From an uncultured Gemmatimonadales bacterium (GTDB lineage: Bacteria; Gemmatimonadota; Gemmatimonadetes; Gemmatimonadales; GWC2-71-9), in contig CAVYSW010000003.1 in the NCBI GenBank assembly GCA_963771275.1, forward strand, positions 1,216,001-1,280,000: DNA of 64,000 nucleotides, read 5' to 3'. A program made the translations under genes and the position numbers. Under the pieces are notes generated by a model. It was not told the origin of the DNA. It was given only the letters and a program-made list of their open reading frames with translations, and did no database searches. This document shows positions 12,033 through 21,295 of the stretch, in pieces (position 1 is the first letter of the stretch; every line of letters begins with the position of its first letter).

Positions 12033-15000
12033 TCAGCCCCAGTTCTTCGAGTCCGGCGCCAGGGCACGGAGCGACTTGAGGAGGCGAAACGCTGATGACT
12101 CGGCGGTATGACGGTATGGCGGTACGGTGGTATGCAGCTCCGGCCCGAGGGCTGTTTCGTTCCGCCGGTCCGCCATTCCGCCGTTCCGCCTGACCGCCAA
12201 CCCCCGCACCTCCTCCGCAATCACGTTCAGCGTCCCGTCATCCTTGGCGAGCTTCCCTCTGACCCACAGGAACGGCTCCGCGCGGATGGCGAGCCGGTCG
12301 CGCTCGTAGACGTCGGGGTGGACGATCACGTTGGTCATGCCGCCCTCGTCTTCCATCAGGATGAACACGAAGCCCTTGGCAGTCTGCGGCCGCTGGCGGG
12401 CCACCACCATCCCCACCACCTCGAGGATCTCGCCATGCTCCTGCTCCACCAGGCGGTCGCTGCGCACCGCGCCTGCTGGCAACGCGCCCGCGAGCAGGGC
12501 GAGCGGATGACCGCTCGCGGCGAAGCCCAGCACCGCGTACTCGGCGAGGAGCTTCTCGCCGGCGTCCACGCCGCCGAATTGGAGTGACTCGTGCGGGTGG
12601 TTGAGCGGCAGCTCCAGCTGGCGACGCACGCGCCGGGGGTCACGGTCCTGCTTGGGGCCAAGCCAGAGGCCAACCTGCCAGAGCAGCTCCCGCCGCGTGA
12701 GGCCGAACCCGTCGCAGGCACCGACCCACACCAGGTGGTCGAACGCGTTGCGTGTGAGGCCGGGCGGCGTGCGCCGCACGAGGTCGCCTAAACTCCGGTA
12801 GGGGCCGCGCCGCTCGCGTTCCTCCACCACGGCTGTGGAGTGCTCCTCGTTCCACTCCCGGATGAAGCCCAGCCCCACGCGCACCTGGCCGTCCTCGACG
12901 GTGCACCACACGTCGCTCGCGTTGATGTCGGGGAGCAGGATCTTCACGTCGTGGCGGGCGGCATCCCGGCCCAGCGCGTCGAGCGAGTAGAAGCCCATCG
13001 GCTGGTTGTTGAACAGCGCCGTGTAGTACTCGACGGGGTGATAGTGGTACAGCCAGGCCGACTGATAGGCCAGGAGCCCGAAGGCCGCGGCGTGCGACTT
13101 GGGGAACCCGAACTCGGAGAACGCGACCACCTGCTCGAACACGCGCTGGGCGACCGGCTCGGGGACGCCGTTTCGCGCGGCGCCTTGCTTGAATTCTTCC
13201 CAGAATCCCTTGAGCAGCTCGCGCGAGCGCCGCCGGCTCATCGCGCGGCGCAGCGCCTCGGCCTGACCGGCGTCGAACCCGGCGAGCGCCTGGCAGACCT
13301 GGAGCACCTGGTCCTGGAAGATGATGACGCCCAGGGTCTCGGCGAGCGCCTCGCGGAGCAGCGGGTGCTCCAGCGGGGGCGCGTACGGCAGGCCCCGCTC
13401 GAGCGCGTGGCGCCGGGCCTCGCGGCGGCGGACGTAGGGGTTCACCGCGCCGCCCACGATGGGGCCGGGCCGCACGATCGCCACCTGCACCGCGAGGTCG
13501 GCCAGGTTCCGCGGGCGCACGCGGCGGATCATCTGGATCTGCGCGCGACTCTCGATCTGGAACAGCCCGACCGTGTCGCCGTGGCAAATTCGGTCGTAGA
13601 TCGCCTGGTCCTCGAAATCGATGCGGGAGAGATCGGGCGGGACGCCTTCGTTCCGCGCCACGAGCTCGACGCACTCCTCGACGAGGGAGAGCATGCCGAG
13701 GGCGAGAAAATCGATCTTGATGAATCGGGCGTCGTCGCAGGAGTCCTTGTCCCACTGGCACACCACGCGATCGGGCATGGCGGAGCGCTCGAGCGGGACC
13801 AGCTCCACCAGGGAGCGGCTCGAGATGATCATCCCGCCCACGTGCTGCGAGATGTGGCGCGGCAGGCCGGCGATCGCCTCCCCCAGATCGCAGAGATCGC
13901 GCCAGAGCGGAGCGTCCACCTTGTCCTTGAGCCCGGGAATGCGGCTCATCTCCTCGCGCACCGCGGCGGCGGACTCGAAGGACGAAGCCATCTTGGCGAG
14001 CTGCTCGATCTCGCCTACGGGCAAGTCGAGCGCCTTGCCAACCTCGCGCACGGCCGACCGGAAGCGGTAGGTCGGGTACGAGCAGACGAGGCCGACGTGG
14101 TCGTCTCCATAGCGCTTGTAGACCCGGCGGATCAGCTCCTCCCGAATCTCGCGCGGAAAGTCGAGGTCGATGTCCGGGACGGACGCGAGCGTCTCGTTCA
14201 GGAACCGGCCGATGAACAGGCCGCTTCGGATGGGGTCGATGTGCGACAGGCCGAGGAAGTAGCAGATGATGGAAGAGACGGACGAGCCGCGCCCGCGGCC
14301 TGGCAGCAGGTTACCCGAGGCTCGCCGGCTCCCGGCCCGGACGTCGGCGGCGACCTCGCGCGCCAGCTCGAAGAGATCGTGGTAGACGAGAAAGAACCCG
14401 CAGAGCTTGTGGTGCTCGACGAGGCGTAGCTCCTTCTCGAGCCGGCGCACCGCCTCGTCCCGGAGCGGGTCGCTCGGCGGGTAGCGCTTGTCGAGCCGCG
14501 AGCGGCACAGCTCGGCCAGGGCGCGCGGCGCCGCCATCCGGTCGGAGCCGCGGAAATCGGGGAACGTGTAGCCCAGGTCGCGCGTGAGGTCGAACGCGGC
14601 GCAGCGCTCGGCGATGCGGAGTGTGTTGGCGAGCGCGTCGGGCCGGTCGCGGAAGCAGGCGGCCAGCTCCGCAGGCGGTCGGAGATAGAACTCGCTGTTG
14701 GCGCGGCGCACGTCGTGCGAGCCGTCGAGTGTCAGGCGATGCCGGAGGGCGGTGAGGACGTCGTGCAGGCGGTGCCGGTCGCGCTGGTCGTAGTGTACGT
14801 CTCCCGTCGCCACGACCGGCAGCCGCTCGGCGTCGGCGATGTTGCACAGCGCGCGGGTGCGGTCCCGATCGCCGCGCACGGCGTTCCGCTGCAGCTCGAC
14901 GAAGAACCGCTCGCGGCCGAAGCGATCACGGCAGCATGCGGCGAGCCGGCGGGCGGCGGTGAGCCCCTCGCGGGCGAGCGTCGCCGGCAACAGGCCGCCG

Positions 15001-15374
15001 CGGCAGCCGGAGAGAACGATCAGGCCTTCCTGCCGGGCGGCGAGCGAGTCAAAGTCGAGCCGCGGGTCGCGCCGGTCCTCACGGCCGAGATGCGCCTCGG
15101 TGATCAGCCGGCAGAGGTTGGCGTACCCCTGCGGCGTCTCGGCGAGCAGGGTGACGTGCGTGCCGTCGAGCAGGGTGACCTCGGCGCCGGTGATGGGCTG
15201 AAGGCCGAGGTGGCGGGCGGCCTGCGCGAACGCCATCGAGCCGTAGAGACCGTTGTGGTCGGTGAGCGCCAGCGCGGGATAGCCCAGCGCCTGGGCCTGG
15301 AGCACCAGTGCCTCGGGCGGCGCGGTACCGTCCAGGAAGGAGAAGGCCGAGTGGCAGTGGAGCTCGATGTACAT
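12033..15374 (-). CDS. dnaE2: Error-prone DNA polymerase III alpha subunit (DnaE2/ImuC)
   Basis: PHP motif ELHCHSAFSFLDG, PDIDLD, FPKSHAAAF, NNQPMGFY; OB fold RQRPQTAKGF; downstream of imuB. Confidence 0.95.
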   Translation of the reverse strand: MYIELHCHSAFSFLDGTAPPEALVLQAQALGYPALALTDHNGLYGSMAFAQAARHLGLQPITGAEVTLLDGTHVTLLAETPQGYANLCRLITEAHLGREDRRDPRLDFDSLAARQEGLIVLSGCRGGLLPATLAREGLTAARRLAACCRDRFGRERFFVELQRNAVRGDRDRTRALCNIADAERLPVVATGDVHYDQRDRHRLHDVLTALRHRLTLDGSHDVRRANSEFYLRPPAELAACFRDRPDALANTLRIAERCAAFDLTRDLGYTFPDFRGSDRMAAPRALAELCRSRLDKRYPPSDPLRDEAVRRLEKELRLVEHHKLCGFFLVYHDLFELAREVAADVRAGSRRASGNLLPGRGRGSSVSSIICYFLGLSHIDPIRSGLFIGRFLNETLASVPDIDLDFPREIREELIRRVYKRYGDDHVGLVCSYPTYRFRSAVREVGKALDLPVGEIEQLAKMASSFESAAAVREEMSRIPGLKDKVDAPLWRDLCDLGEAIAGLPRHISQHVGGMIISSRSLVELVPLERSAMPDRVVCQWDKDSCDDARFIKIDFLALGMLSLVEECVELVARNEGVPPDLSRIDFEDQAIYDRICHGDTVGLFQIESRAQIQMIRRVRPRNLADLAVQVAIVRPGPIVGGAVNPYVRRREARRHALERGLPYAPPLEHPLLREALAETLGVIIFQDQVLQVCQALAGFDAGQAEALRRAMSRRRSRELLKGFWEEFKQGAARNGVPEPVAQRVFEQVVAFSEFGFPKSHAAAFGLLAYQSAWLYHYHPVEYYTALFNNQPMGFYSLDALGRDAARHDVKILLPDINASDVWCTVEDGQVRVGLGFIREWNEEHSTAVVEERERRGPYRSLGDLVRRTPPGLTRNAFDHLVWVGACDGFGLTRRELLWQVGLWLGPKQDRDPRRVRRQLELPLNHPHESLQFGGVDAGEKLLAEYAVLGFAASGHPLALLAGALPAGAVRSDRLVEQEHGEILEVVGMVVARQRPQTAKGFVFILMEDEGGMTNVIVHPDVYERDRLAIRAEPFLWVRGKLAKDDGTLNVIAEEVRGLAVRRNGGMADRRNETALGPELHTTVPPYRHTAESSAFRLLKSLRALAPDSKNWG
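12101..12190. repeat. Octamer-like tandem/inverted repeat in-frame in the dnaE2 3' end
   Basis: CGGCGGTA/TGACGGTA/TGGCGGTA units opposed by CCGCCATT/CCGCCGTT units. Confidence 0.65.
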
Positions 15375-15382
15375 GGCTGAAA

Positions 15383-15468
15383 CGGCAGGGGCGGCAGAGG
15401 CGGGAGAGGCGGCAGGAAGACGGGGGCCGTTCTGCCGCTGCTGCCGCCCCGGCGGCAGCTGCCGCTCC
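15383..15468. repeat. 9-mer tandem/inverted repeat
   Basis: GGCGGCAG-type units followed by CTGCCGC-type units. Confidence 0.65.
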
Positions 15469-15792
15469 TCAGGGCCGCTGCATGTACCACTCGCCCGTCA
15501 TGACATCCTCGAACAGCACCACGTGCGCGCCGCCTTCGAGCACGACCTCGACGTAGCGGCGGTGGATGGGGGTGCGCCACCACTCGTCGTCGATGCGCCA
15601 TTCCTCCAGGACCTCCTCCACCCCCCTCTCATCTGCATCTCTGCCCCTCTCCCCCTCTGCCCCTTCTTCATCGGCACTCTCCCGCACCCACATGGGTCGG
15701 CCCCACGTGTCGAGGCCCACCTCCACCGCGGAGGGCAGATTCAGGGCTCGAAGGCGATCAGGGCGTAGCGGCGTTCGGGCAGGCGCGACCAT
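15469..15792 (-). CDS. Stand-alone ImuB C-terminal-like protein (DUF6504-like)
   Basis: WRIDDEWWRTPIHRRYVEVVLEGG resembles the ImuB C-terminal EWW..RDY region; lies between imuB and dnaE2. Confidence 0.7.
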   Translation of the reverse strand: MVAPARTPLRPDRLRALNLPSAVEVGLDTWGRPMWVRESADEEGAEGERGRDADERGVEEVLEEWRIDDEWWRTPIHRRYVEVVLEGGAHVVLFEDVMTGEWYMQRP

Positions 15793-17063
15793 GGCTGGAC
15801 CTCGATGACGCGGTAGAGCATGTGGCGCTTGAGGCGCTGGTGGATTTCACGAGCGGCGGCGCGGAGCGCGCGATGGCGGCCGGCGCGTGCCGCGGCCACG
15901 GCGTCCCGGGCGAAGAGCTGCAGCTCGTCGGTGCCGCGGGCGAAGGCGGTGAACTCGACGGTGAGCCGCTCGACGGCCCCCGTGGGCGGCGTCTGCTCGA
16001 GTCGGGTGACGAGCGGGGGGAGGATCCGCTCGCGCAGGGCGGCTGGATCCTTGAGCAGGACCTCGATCATCCATGAGGCGCCCTGCTCGAGCGCGGCGCG
16101 CACGCGGGCCGCCTGCACGCGCCAGCCTGTGCGTCGCGGGTCGCGCAGCGCGTGCTCGATCAAGACGCCGATCGTGTGCGCGAGCATCCCGCCGTCGGCG
16201 ACGGGGGAAGGAAAGTCGAGCGTCGCGACGATGGGCTGTGGGCGAATCTGTCCGCGCACGGGCTCGTCGACCCGGCCGGCGGCCAACCGCCACGCCGCAC
16301 GCCCCGAACGACCGAACTGGGCCGTCACCGCCGCCTCGGGCAGCGCGGTGAAGTCACCGAGCGACTTGAGGCCGAGCTGTTGCAGACGGCGGTGGTCGTC
16401 GGCGTCGAGCGGCAGCACCGCAAGTGGCTGGGCTTGCAGGAACGTCGCTCGTGCTTCGTCAGTCACGATGACGGGCTCGCCCGGCTTGGCGCGCGTGGCG
16501 GCGACCCAGGCGGCGAATTTGCCCCGCGCCCAACCCAGCCGGGCCCCACCCCTCCCCTTCCCAGGGGCAGAAGGGGCAGAGGGGCAGAGAAGAGACGGGG
16601 CTTCGGCCTTTCCCTCCATCTCTGCCCCTCTCCCCCTCTCACTCCCCCTCTCCTCCTCTGTTGCTGCCGCTGTGATGATCCCCAATTGTCGAAGCGGGGA
16701 TCCATAGAGCCCTTCAAGCCCATCTACTCCCACGTACGCCCGTCCCAGCTCCGCAGGCTCGATCACGGGGCTCACCTGCTCGAGGCGCAGCAGCAGGCGG
16801 GCGAACTGCTCGTCGTAGAACACGGGATCGGGCTCGAGCAGCGCGAGCGTGGGACAGAGGCCGATGGCCTGGCTCACCGTGAGGCCGGGTCGTACACCCT
16901 GGCGGCGCGCGAGTGAGGAGGCCTGCCAGATGCGGCGACTGTCCTCCGGTGCGAGGAGCGCGGTGGGCCGGCCCACGAGATCGGGACGCCGCTCCTCCTC
17001 GCAGCGCAGCGGGAAGAGCGGGATCCAGAGGCAGGCGGCATGCTCGCTGGTCAGTCCCTGCAT
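15741..17063 (-). CDS. imuB: Y-family polymerase-like protein ImuB
   Basis: ACLWIPLFPL lacks the catalytic Asp; ARRQGVRPGLTVSQA, SPVIE, clamp-type ELQLF and SRLPERR. Confidence 0.88.
   Translation of the reverse strand: MQGLTSEHAACLWIPLFPLRCEEERRPDLVGRPTALLAPEDSRRIWQASSLARRQGVRPGLTVSQAIGLCPTLALLEPDPVFYDEQFARLLLRLEQVSPVIEPAELGRAYVGVDGLEGLYGSPLRQLGIITAAATEEERGSERGRGAEMEGKAEAPSLLCPSAPSAPGKGRGGARLGWARGKFAAWVAATRAKPGEPVIVTDEARATFLQAQPLAVLPLDADDHRRLQQLGLKSLGDFTALPEAAVTAQFGRSGRAAWRLAAGRVDEPVRGQIRPQPIVATLDFPSPVADGGMLAHTIGVLIEHALRDPRRTGWRVQAARVRAALEQGASWMIEVLLKDPAALRERILPPLVTRLEQTPPTGAVERLTVEFTAFARGTDELQLFARDAVAAARAGRHRALRAAAREIHQRLKRHMLYRVIEVQPWSRLPERRYALIAFEP
16564..16659. repeat. GGGGCAGA octamer palindromic element in-frame in imuB
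   Basis: GGGGCAGA x3 opposed by TCTGCCCC/TCTCCCCC units; related copies at 15636-15666 and 63523-63550. Confidence 0.75.
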
Positions 17064-17087
17064 CGAGGCCTATCGAAGTACCGGAAA

Positions 17088-17120
17088 CCGAATATATCCC
17101 GAAGATGGGAAACTTGGCAA
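17088..17120 (-). promoter_or_regulatory. imuB-dnaE2 promoter with candidate operator
   Basis: Minus strand TTGCCA-N18-TATATT overlapped by ATCTTCGGGATATATTCGG (17088-17106). Confidence 0.65.
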
Positions 17121-17169
17121 GCCTCTGCACGAGACGTATATAAGTCATTGCTATACAACTAGTTGAGTT

Positions 17170-18381
17170 ATGACAACGGACCGATCGGCAAGCTCAATGC
17201 GGTGCTGGGCCATTTCCACTGACCGTCTGTCTGCCTCTGCCGCTCAAGAAGCTGCGCCGCTACCTGGAAGACTCACGGTGACAAACCGCCCGAACGGCCA
17301 GCCCCAAGGCGAGGACGCGCTCCGTGAACTGTGTGCCGCCGCCCGCGCACTCTCGGGCCGATCGGCGCCTCCGGGTCTCATCGCTCGCGTCGTGGAGGAG
17401 CGGGCGCGCGGGATGCGCGCCGTGCTTCCGACGGGTGAGCCCGTCTCAACCCGCCGTGCACCGCGACGAGCCGTACTGGCGGGAGCGGCGGCCCTGCTGG
17501 TCGTCGGCGTGCTCGTGCTGAATCACTGGCCCGCAACCAACGAACCGGCGGCAACTGAGGCCGCCCAAGGAGCGTGTGCGATGAATCCAGAGACTCGGGC
17601 GTTGCTTATGGCCGGCTCGTTCCTTCTTGCAACCGCGTGTGCGCAGGAGCCGGCGGCGCCGTACGAGGCCGCTCCACCCGTGACCGCGCTTGGGACGCGC
17701 GAGCTGCAGGAGGGAACCTGGGTCTATCGGGTCGGGAGGCAGGGCGGGCACGCGATGTACCAGACCGTCTACCTGCTCACCAGGGCCGGGTCGGGTGAAC
17801 AAGCGGAGTGGATCAGTGTGGACTCCCGGCGGACGCCTGACGGATGGACGCGTGCCGACACCATGTATTACGCCGCTGACGGACTGACGCCGTTGCGGCA
17901 AACGTATCACCGAGCGCATGATGGCCAGGACCGGTGGTCTGTGCGGGTGAGGTTTGGGTCCGACAGCGTCGATGTCGTGTCGGACTATCTTGGCAATCGC
18001 GACCACCCTCCCCAGCGGCGCACGTGGAGTGCCCAACTCCCTGACGACGGGGTCCCCAGCGTCGTGGCGGCGCACGAGCCGGCGCTCGGGCTCTTCGTCC
18101 GCCGCCTCCCTCTGGCGAAGGGGTGGGCTGGCTCCTTTCATGTCGGGCCCATTGGAAACCGGTCCTACCGCGAGACGTCATTCAAGGTCGTGGGAGAAGC
18201 CCGAGTCACCGTGCCGGCCGGCGTGTTCGACTGTTGGCGCGTCACGGTGACCGATGGAGTCACGTTGCGGCGGGTGCTCTGGGTCAGCAAAGCCGAGCAG
18301 TTGCTCGTGAAATCCGTGCTTGGGCCTGAGGGTCACGGTCTCGAGTGGGCTTTGCTGTCGTTCACGCCGTCGCAGAACTAG
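17170..18381 (+). CDS. Hypothetical single-pass membrane protein with DUF3108-like C-terminal beta domain (start may be GTG 17278)
   Basis: TM segment AVLAGAAALLVVGVLVL; C-terminal VTVPAGVFDCWRV motif. Confidence 0.6.
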   Translation: MTTDRSASSMRCWAISTDRLSASAAQEAAPLPGRLTVTNRPNGQPQGEDALRELCAAARALSGRSAPPGLIARVVEERARGMRAVLPTGEPVSTRRAPRRAVLAGAAALLVVGVLVLNHWPATNEPAATEAAQGACAMNPETRALLMAGSFLLATACAQEPAAPYEAAPPVTALGTRELQEGTWVYRVGRQGGHAMYQTVYLLTRAGSGEQAEWISVDSRRTPDGWTRADTMYYAADGLTPLRQTYHRAHDGQDRWSVRVRFGSDSVDVVSDYLGNRDHPPQRRTWSAQLPDDGVPSVVAAHEPALGLFVRRLPLAKGWAGSFHVGPIGNRSYRETSFKVVGEARVTVPAGVFDCWRVTVTDGVTLRRVLWVSKAEQLLVKSVLGPEGHGLEWALLSFTPSQN

Positions 18382-18534
18382 CGGTCGCGCTCTCGACGCC
18401 GGGGTTCAAGGACTACAGGTTCACCCTGCGGCGGCAGGCGCGATCCGGTAGCTTCACGTCGGCGATGCATTGATGACGGTTCCGGAGAGTCGTACGTTTA
18501 GGTTGGACGGTCCTCACCACACCGAGGTCCGTCC

Positions 18535-18882
18535 GTGCCGATCACAGCCCGACTGTCCCGGAAGCTCCACCAGACGCTGGGCGACGAAGCCGGAGAGGAT
18601 CTTGTGACCTGGATGCAGCAGGTGGATGCGCAGCGCGTCGAATTGCGGGAGTTGAACGAGCTCAACTTCGCGCGGTTTGACGCGCGTCTGTCCGCCTCGG
18701 TCGCCGAGCTCCGCCAGGAGATGCAGGCAGGGTTTGCCACATGGGGGGGAGGACTCCGGCAGGAGATTGCTCAGCTGGAGATCCGTCTCGAACGCCGGAT
18801 CGGCGACCTCATCAAGTGGTCGTTCGTGTTCTGGGTGGGCGCGGTCGGGGCCATCGCGGCACTTGCGGGGGTGCTGCGGTAG
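18535..18882 (+). CDS. DUF1640/CCDC90-like coiled-coil membrane-anchored protein
   Basis: Coiled-coil body with C-terminal LIKWSFVFWVG TM anchor. Confidence 0.7.
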   Translation: MPITARLSRKLHQTLGDEAGEDLVTWMQQVDAQRVELRELNELNFARFDARLSASVAELRQEMQAGFATWGGGLRQEIAQLEIRLERRIGDLIKWSFVFWVGAVGAIAALAGVLR

Positions 18883-18886
18883 GCGC

Positions 18887-18971
18887 GATCAGGGGTCCCG
18901 GGCTGGTTCACCCTTCAGGGTCAGGTTCCTCGGCCGAGCCCGCACTTCAGTGCGGGACTCCCAGCCTGATC
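18887..18971. repeat. REP-like palindromic element between convergent genes
   Basis: Hairpins ACCC-TTCA-GGGT (18910-18921) and CCCGCAC-TTCA-GTGCGGG (18939-18956), bracketed by GATCAGG/CCTGATC. Confidence 0.5.
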
Positions 18972-20577
18972 AGGTCTTCGACCGCTTGACCTCGACCCGC
19001 TCGGCCGCGGGCGCTTCCTCTCTCACCTTCCCCAGGACCGCCGGCAGCTCGATGCCCGCCTGGTGGGCTAGCTCATGCACGGCGGGCAGCGAGCCGATGA
19101 GGCTGGAGAGGAAATCCGCCGTCGCCCCACTGCCGCCCGGCCCGCTCCGGCCGCCCTCCCACACGGTGATCTTGTCGATCTTCAGGTTCTGAATCGCCTT
19201 CACCTGCTCGGCGACGAGCTTCGGCATCTGCTCGATGAGCAACAGCGTGGGCGCGATCTGCGGATTCTCGGCACACGCGGCGACCAATCGCCGGTACCCC
19301 TCGGCCTTGGACTCCAGCACCTTGAGCAAGCCCGCGGCCTCCGCCTCGTACTTCGCGAGCATTGCATCGGCCACGCCTCTCGCCTCGCGTCGTGACCGCT
19401 CTGCGGTCGCCTCGGCCTCGACCTCGACCCGCTTCTTCTCGATCTCCTGTGGCGCCAACTGTTCCTTTGCCAGCCGCGCCAACTCTCGCTCGCGTTCGGC
19501 CTTGAGGATTTCCTCCTCCGCGCGCGCGGCCGCGACCTTTGCCTGTTGCATCGCCCCGGCGCGCACCTGCGCCAGCGTGGCGTTCGATTTAGCAATCTCG
19601 GCCTGCGACGTGTTCTCGCCCTGCACGGCGGTCGACTCGGCCTTGGCCACCTGGATGCGCTGGGTCTGCTCGGCCTCCTTCTTGGCGGCGACCGTCTCCG
19701 CCTCGCGCTGCGCGGTGGCGATCTGCGCGTTCCGGCGGGATTCCACCTCGCCCGTCACCGCGGTCGCCTCGAACGCCGCGACCGCGACGCGCTGCTGCTG
19801 CTCGGCGTCTTTCTGACCCTGGACCGCCGTCGCCGCTTCCCGCGCCACGCCGATGGTCTTCTCGCGATCGGCGATGGCCTGACCCGTCGCGCCGTTCCGC
19901 TCCTGCTGCGCCACTTCCACCCGCGCGCGGTTGATGGCCTCGGCGGCCGCCCGCTTGCCGATCGCCTCGATGTAGCCGCTCTCGTCGGTGATGTCGCGGA
20001 TGTTCACGTTGATCAGCGTGAGACCGATTTTGTTGATCTCCTCGGTCACGTTGGTGTTGATCAACGACATGAACTTCTCGCGGTCCTTGTTGATTTCCTC
20101 GATCGTGAGGGTGGCGATCACGAGGCGGAGCTGCCCCAGAATGATGTCCTGCGCCTGCTCCTGAATCTTGTTTTCCGGAAGGTACAGCAGGCGCTCGGCC
20201 GCCGAGTTCATGAGCACCGGATCGGTGGAGATGCCCACCGTGAACGTCGCAGGCACGGCGACTCGGATGTTGTTGAGCGACAGCGCGCCCTGGAGCGGAA
20301 TGTCGATCACCATGGGCTCGAGCGACAGGAAGGCGTAGTCCTGGAGCAGCGGCACGACGAACTTGCCGCCGCCGTGGATGCACTGGGCCGCGCGGTTGCC
20401 GCCCACCTTGCCGTAGAGGACCAGCACCTGGTTGCTCGGGCAGCGCTTGTACTGTTTCACCACGAAGACGATGAAGAACAGGAACAGCAGCCCGATCGCG
20501 CCCACCAGTCCGAGCAACACGGCCGGGTTTGTCCCAACGTCGGCTTGCAGAGCGAACAGCGTGAGAGGGAACGACAT
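18970..20577 (-). CDS. Flotillin/SPFH domain protein
   Basis: N-terminal TM; YKRCPSNQVLV, GGGKFVVP and GQLRLVIATLTIEEINKDR; long Ala/Glu coiled coil. Confidence 0.92.
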   Translation of the reverse strand: MSFPLTLFALQADVGTNPAVLLGLVGAIGLLFLFFIVFVVKQYKRCPSNQVLVLYGKVGGNRAAQCIHGGGKFVVPLLQDYAFLSLEPMVIDIPLQGALSLNNIRVAVPATFTVGISTDPVLMNSAAERLLYLPENKIQEQAQDIILGQLRLVIATLTIEEINKDREKFMSLINTNVTEEINKIGLTLINVNIRDITDESGYIEAIGKRAAAEAINRARVEVAQQERNGATGQAIADREKTIGVAREAATAVQGQKDAEQQQRVAVAAFEATAVTGEVESRRNAQIATAQREAETVAAKKEAEQTQRIQVAKAESTAVQGENTSQAEIAKSNATLAQVRAGAMQQAKVAAARAEEEILKAERERELARLAKEQLAPQEIEKKRVEVEAEATAERSRREARGVADAMLAKYEAEAAGLLKVLESKAEGYRRLVAACAENPQIAPTLLLIEQMPKLVAEQVKAIQNLKIDKITVWEGGRSGPGGSGATADFLSSLIGSLPAVHELAHQAGIELPAVLGKVREEAPAAERVEVKRSKT

Positions 20578-20579
20578 GA

Positions 20580-21215
20580 TCAGTCTCCGGGTGCAGGGAG
20601 TTCCGGAACGGCCCGTTCGACGGTGAGCGTGTGATCCTCGTTGACGCCGGTGACACGGACGAGGGCGCCGGTCACGAGCGCTTCACCGTCGGTCACCGCC
20701 GGGTAGTACTGCATCCGCTCGTCCACCACGACGCGGACGGAGCCGCGTCCTGCCCGCTGCGCGGGGACGGTCACGTAGACCGAGCCTTCCTCATACAGCG
20801 CGGTTTCCATGGTGAGGGTGCCGCTACTCTGCATCCGAGCGATGAAGGTGAGCATCTTCCCGAGCATCCACATCATGCCCGACCCGGTGGCCAGGCCCAC
20901 CCCCACGCCGACGAATACCGGCAGGCCGAAGCCGCGCACCGCGCTCAGGCCGCCCCACCCGAACCCCATGAGGAAGGCGGCGATCGCCTGGATCGAGAGG
21001 ATCTTGAACGCCGCGCCGGAGTCGGTGTGGTCGGCGGCGTCGCCGCCGGCGTCGCCGCCGGCGTCTCCCCCGCTCGTGTCCAGCACGAAATCGTGGTGCA
21101 GGTCATTGACCCCGCCGAACAACATCAGGCCAATGCGCACGAGGAAGAACAGGGTGCCGACCAGGGCCGGCACCCCGAAGAGTCCTGCATTGCCGCCGAG
21201 CAATACGTCCAGCAT
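20580..21215 (-). CDS. NfeD-like membrane protein (flotillin partner)
   Basis: SIQAIAAFLMGFGWGG TM region plus C-terminal OB-like domain GSVYVTVP; adjacent to flotillin. Confidence 0.8.
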   Translation of the reverse strand: MLDVLLGGNAGLFGVPALVGTLFFLVRIGLMLFGGVNDLHHDFVLDTSGGDAGGDAGGDAADHTDSGAAFKILSIQAIAAFLMGFGWGGLSAVRGFGLPVFVGVGVGLATGSGMMWMLGKMLTFIARMQSSGTLTMETALYEEGSVYVTVPAQRAGRGSVRVVVDERMQYYPAVTDGEALVTGALVRVTGVNEDHTLTVERAVPELPAPGD

Positions 21216-21295
21216 GAAGATCCGCACCGGCGTCCGAGGCAAGCGGGAAGATGCGCCGGCGGACGAGGCGTCGGAAGAGGGCGTATCTTGAAAGC

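Noticed and set aside
17130..17175. AT-rich IHF-like site or integration scar
   Set aside because: Only a partial match to the IHF consensus; no integrase or flanking direct repeats seen
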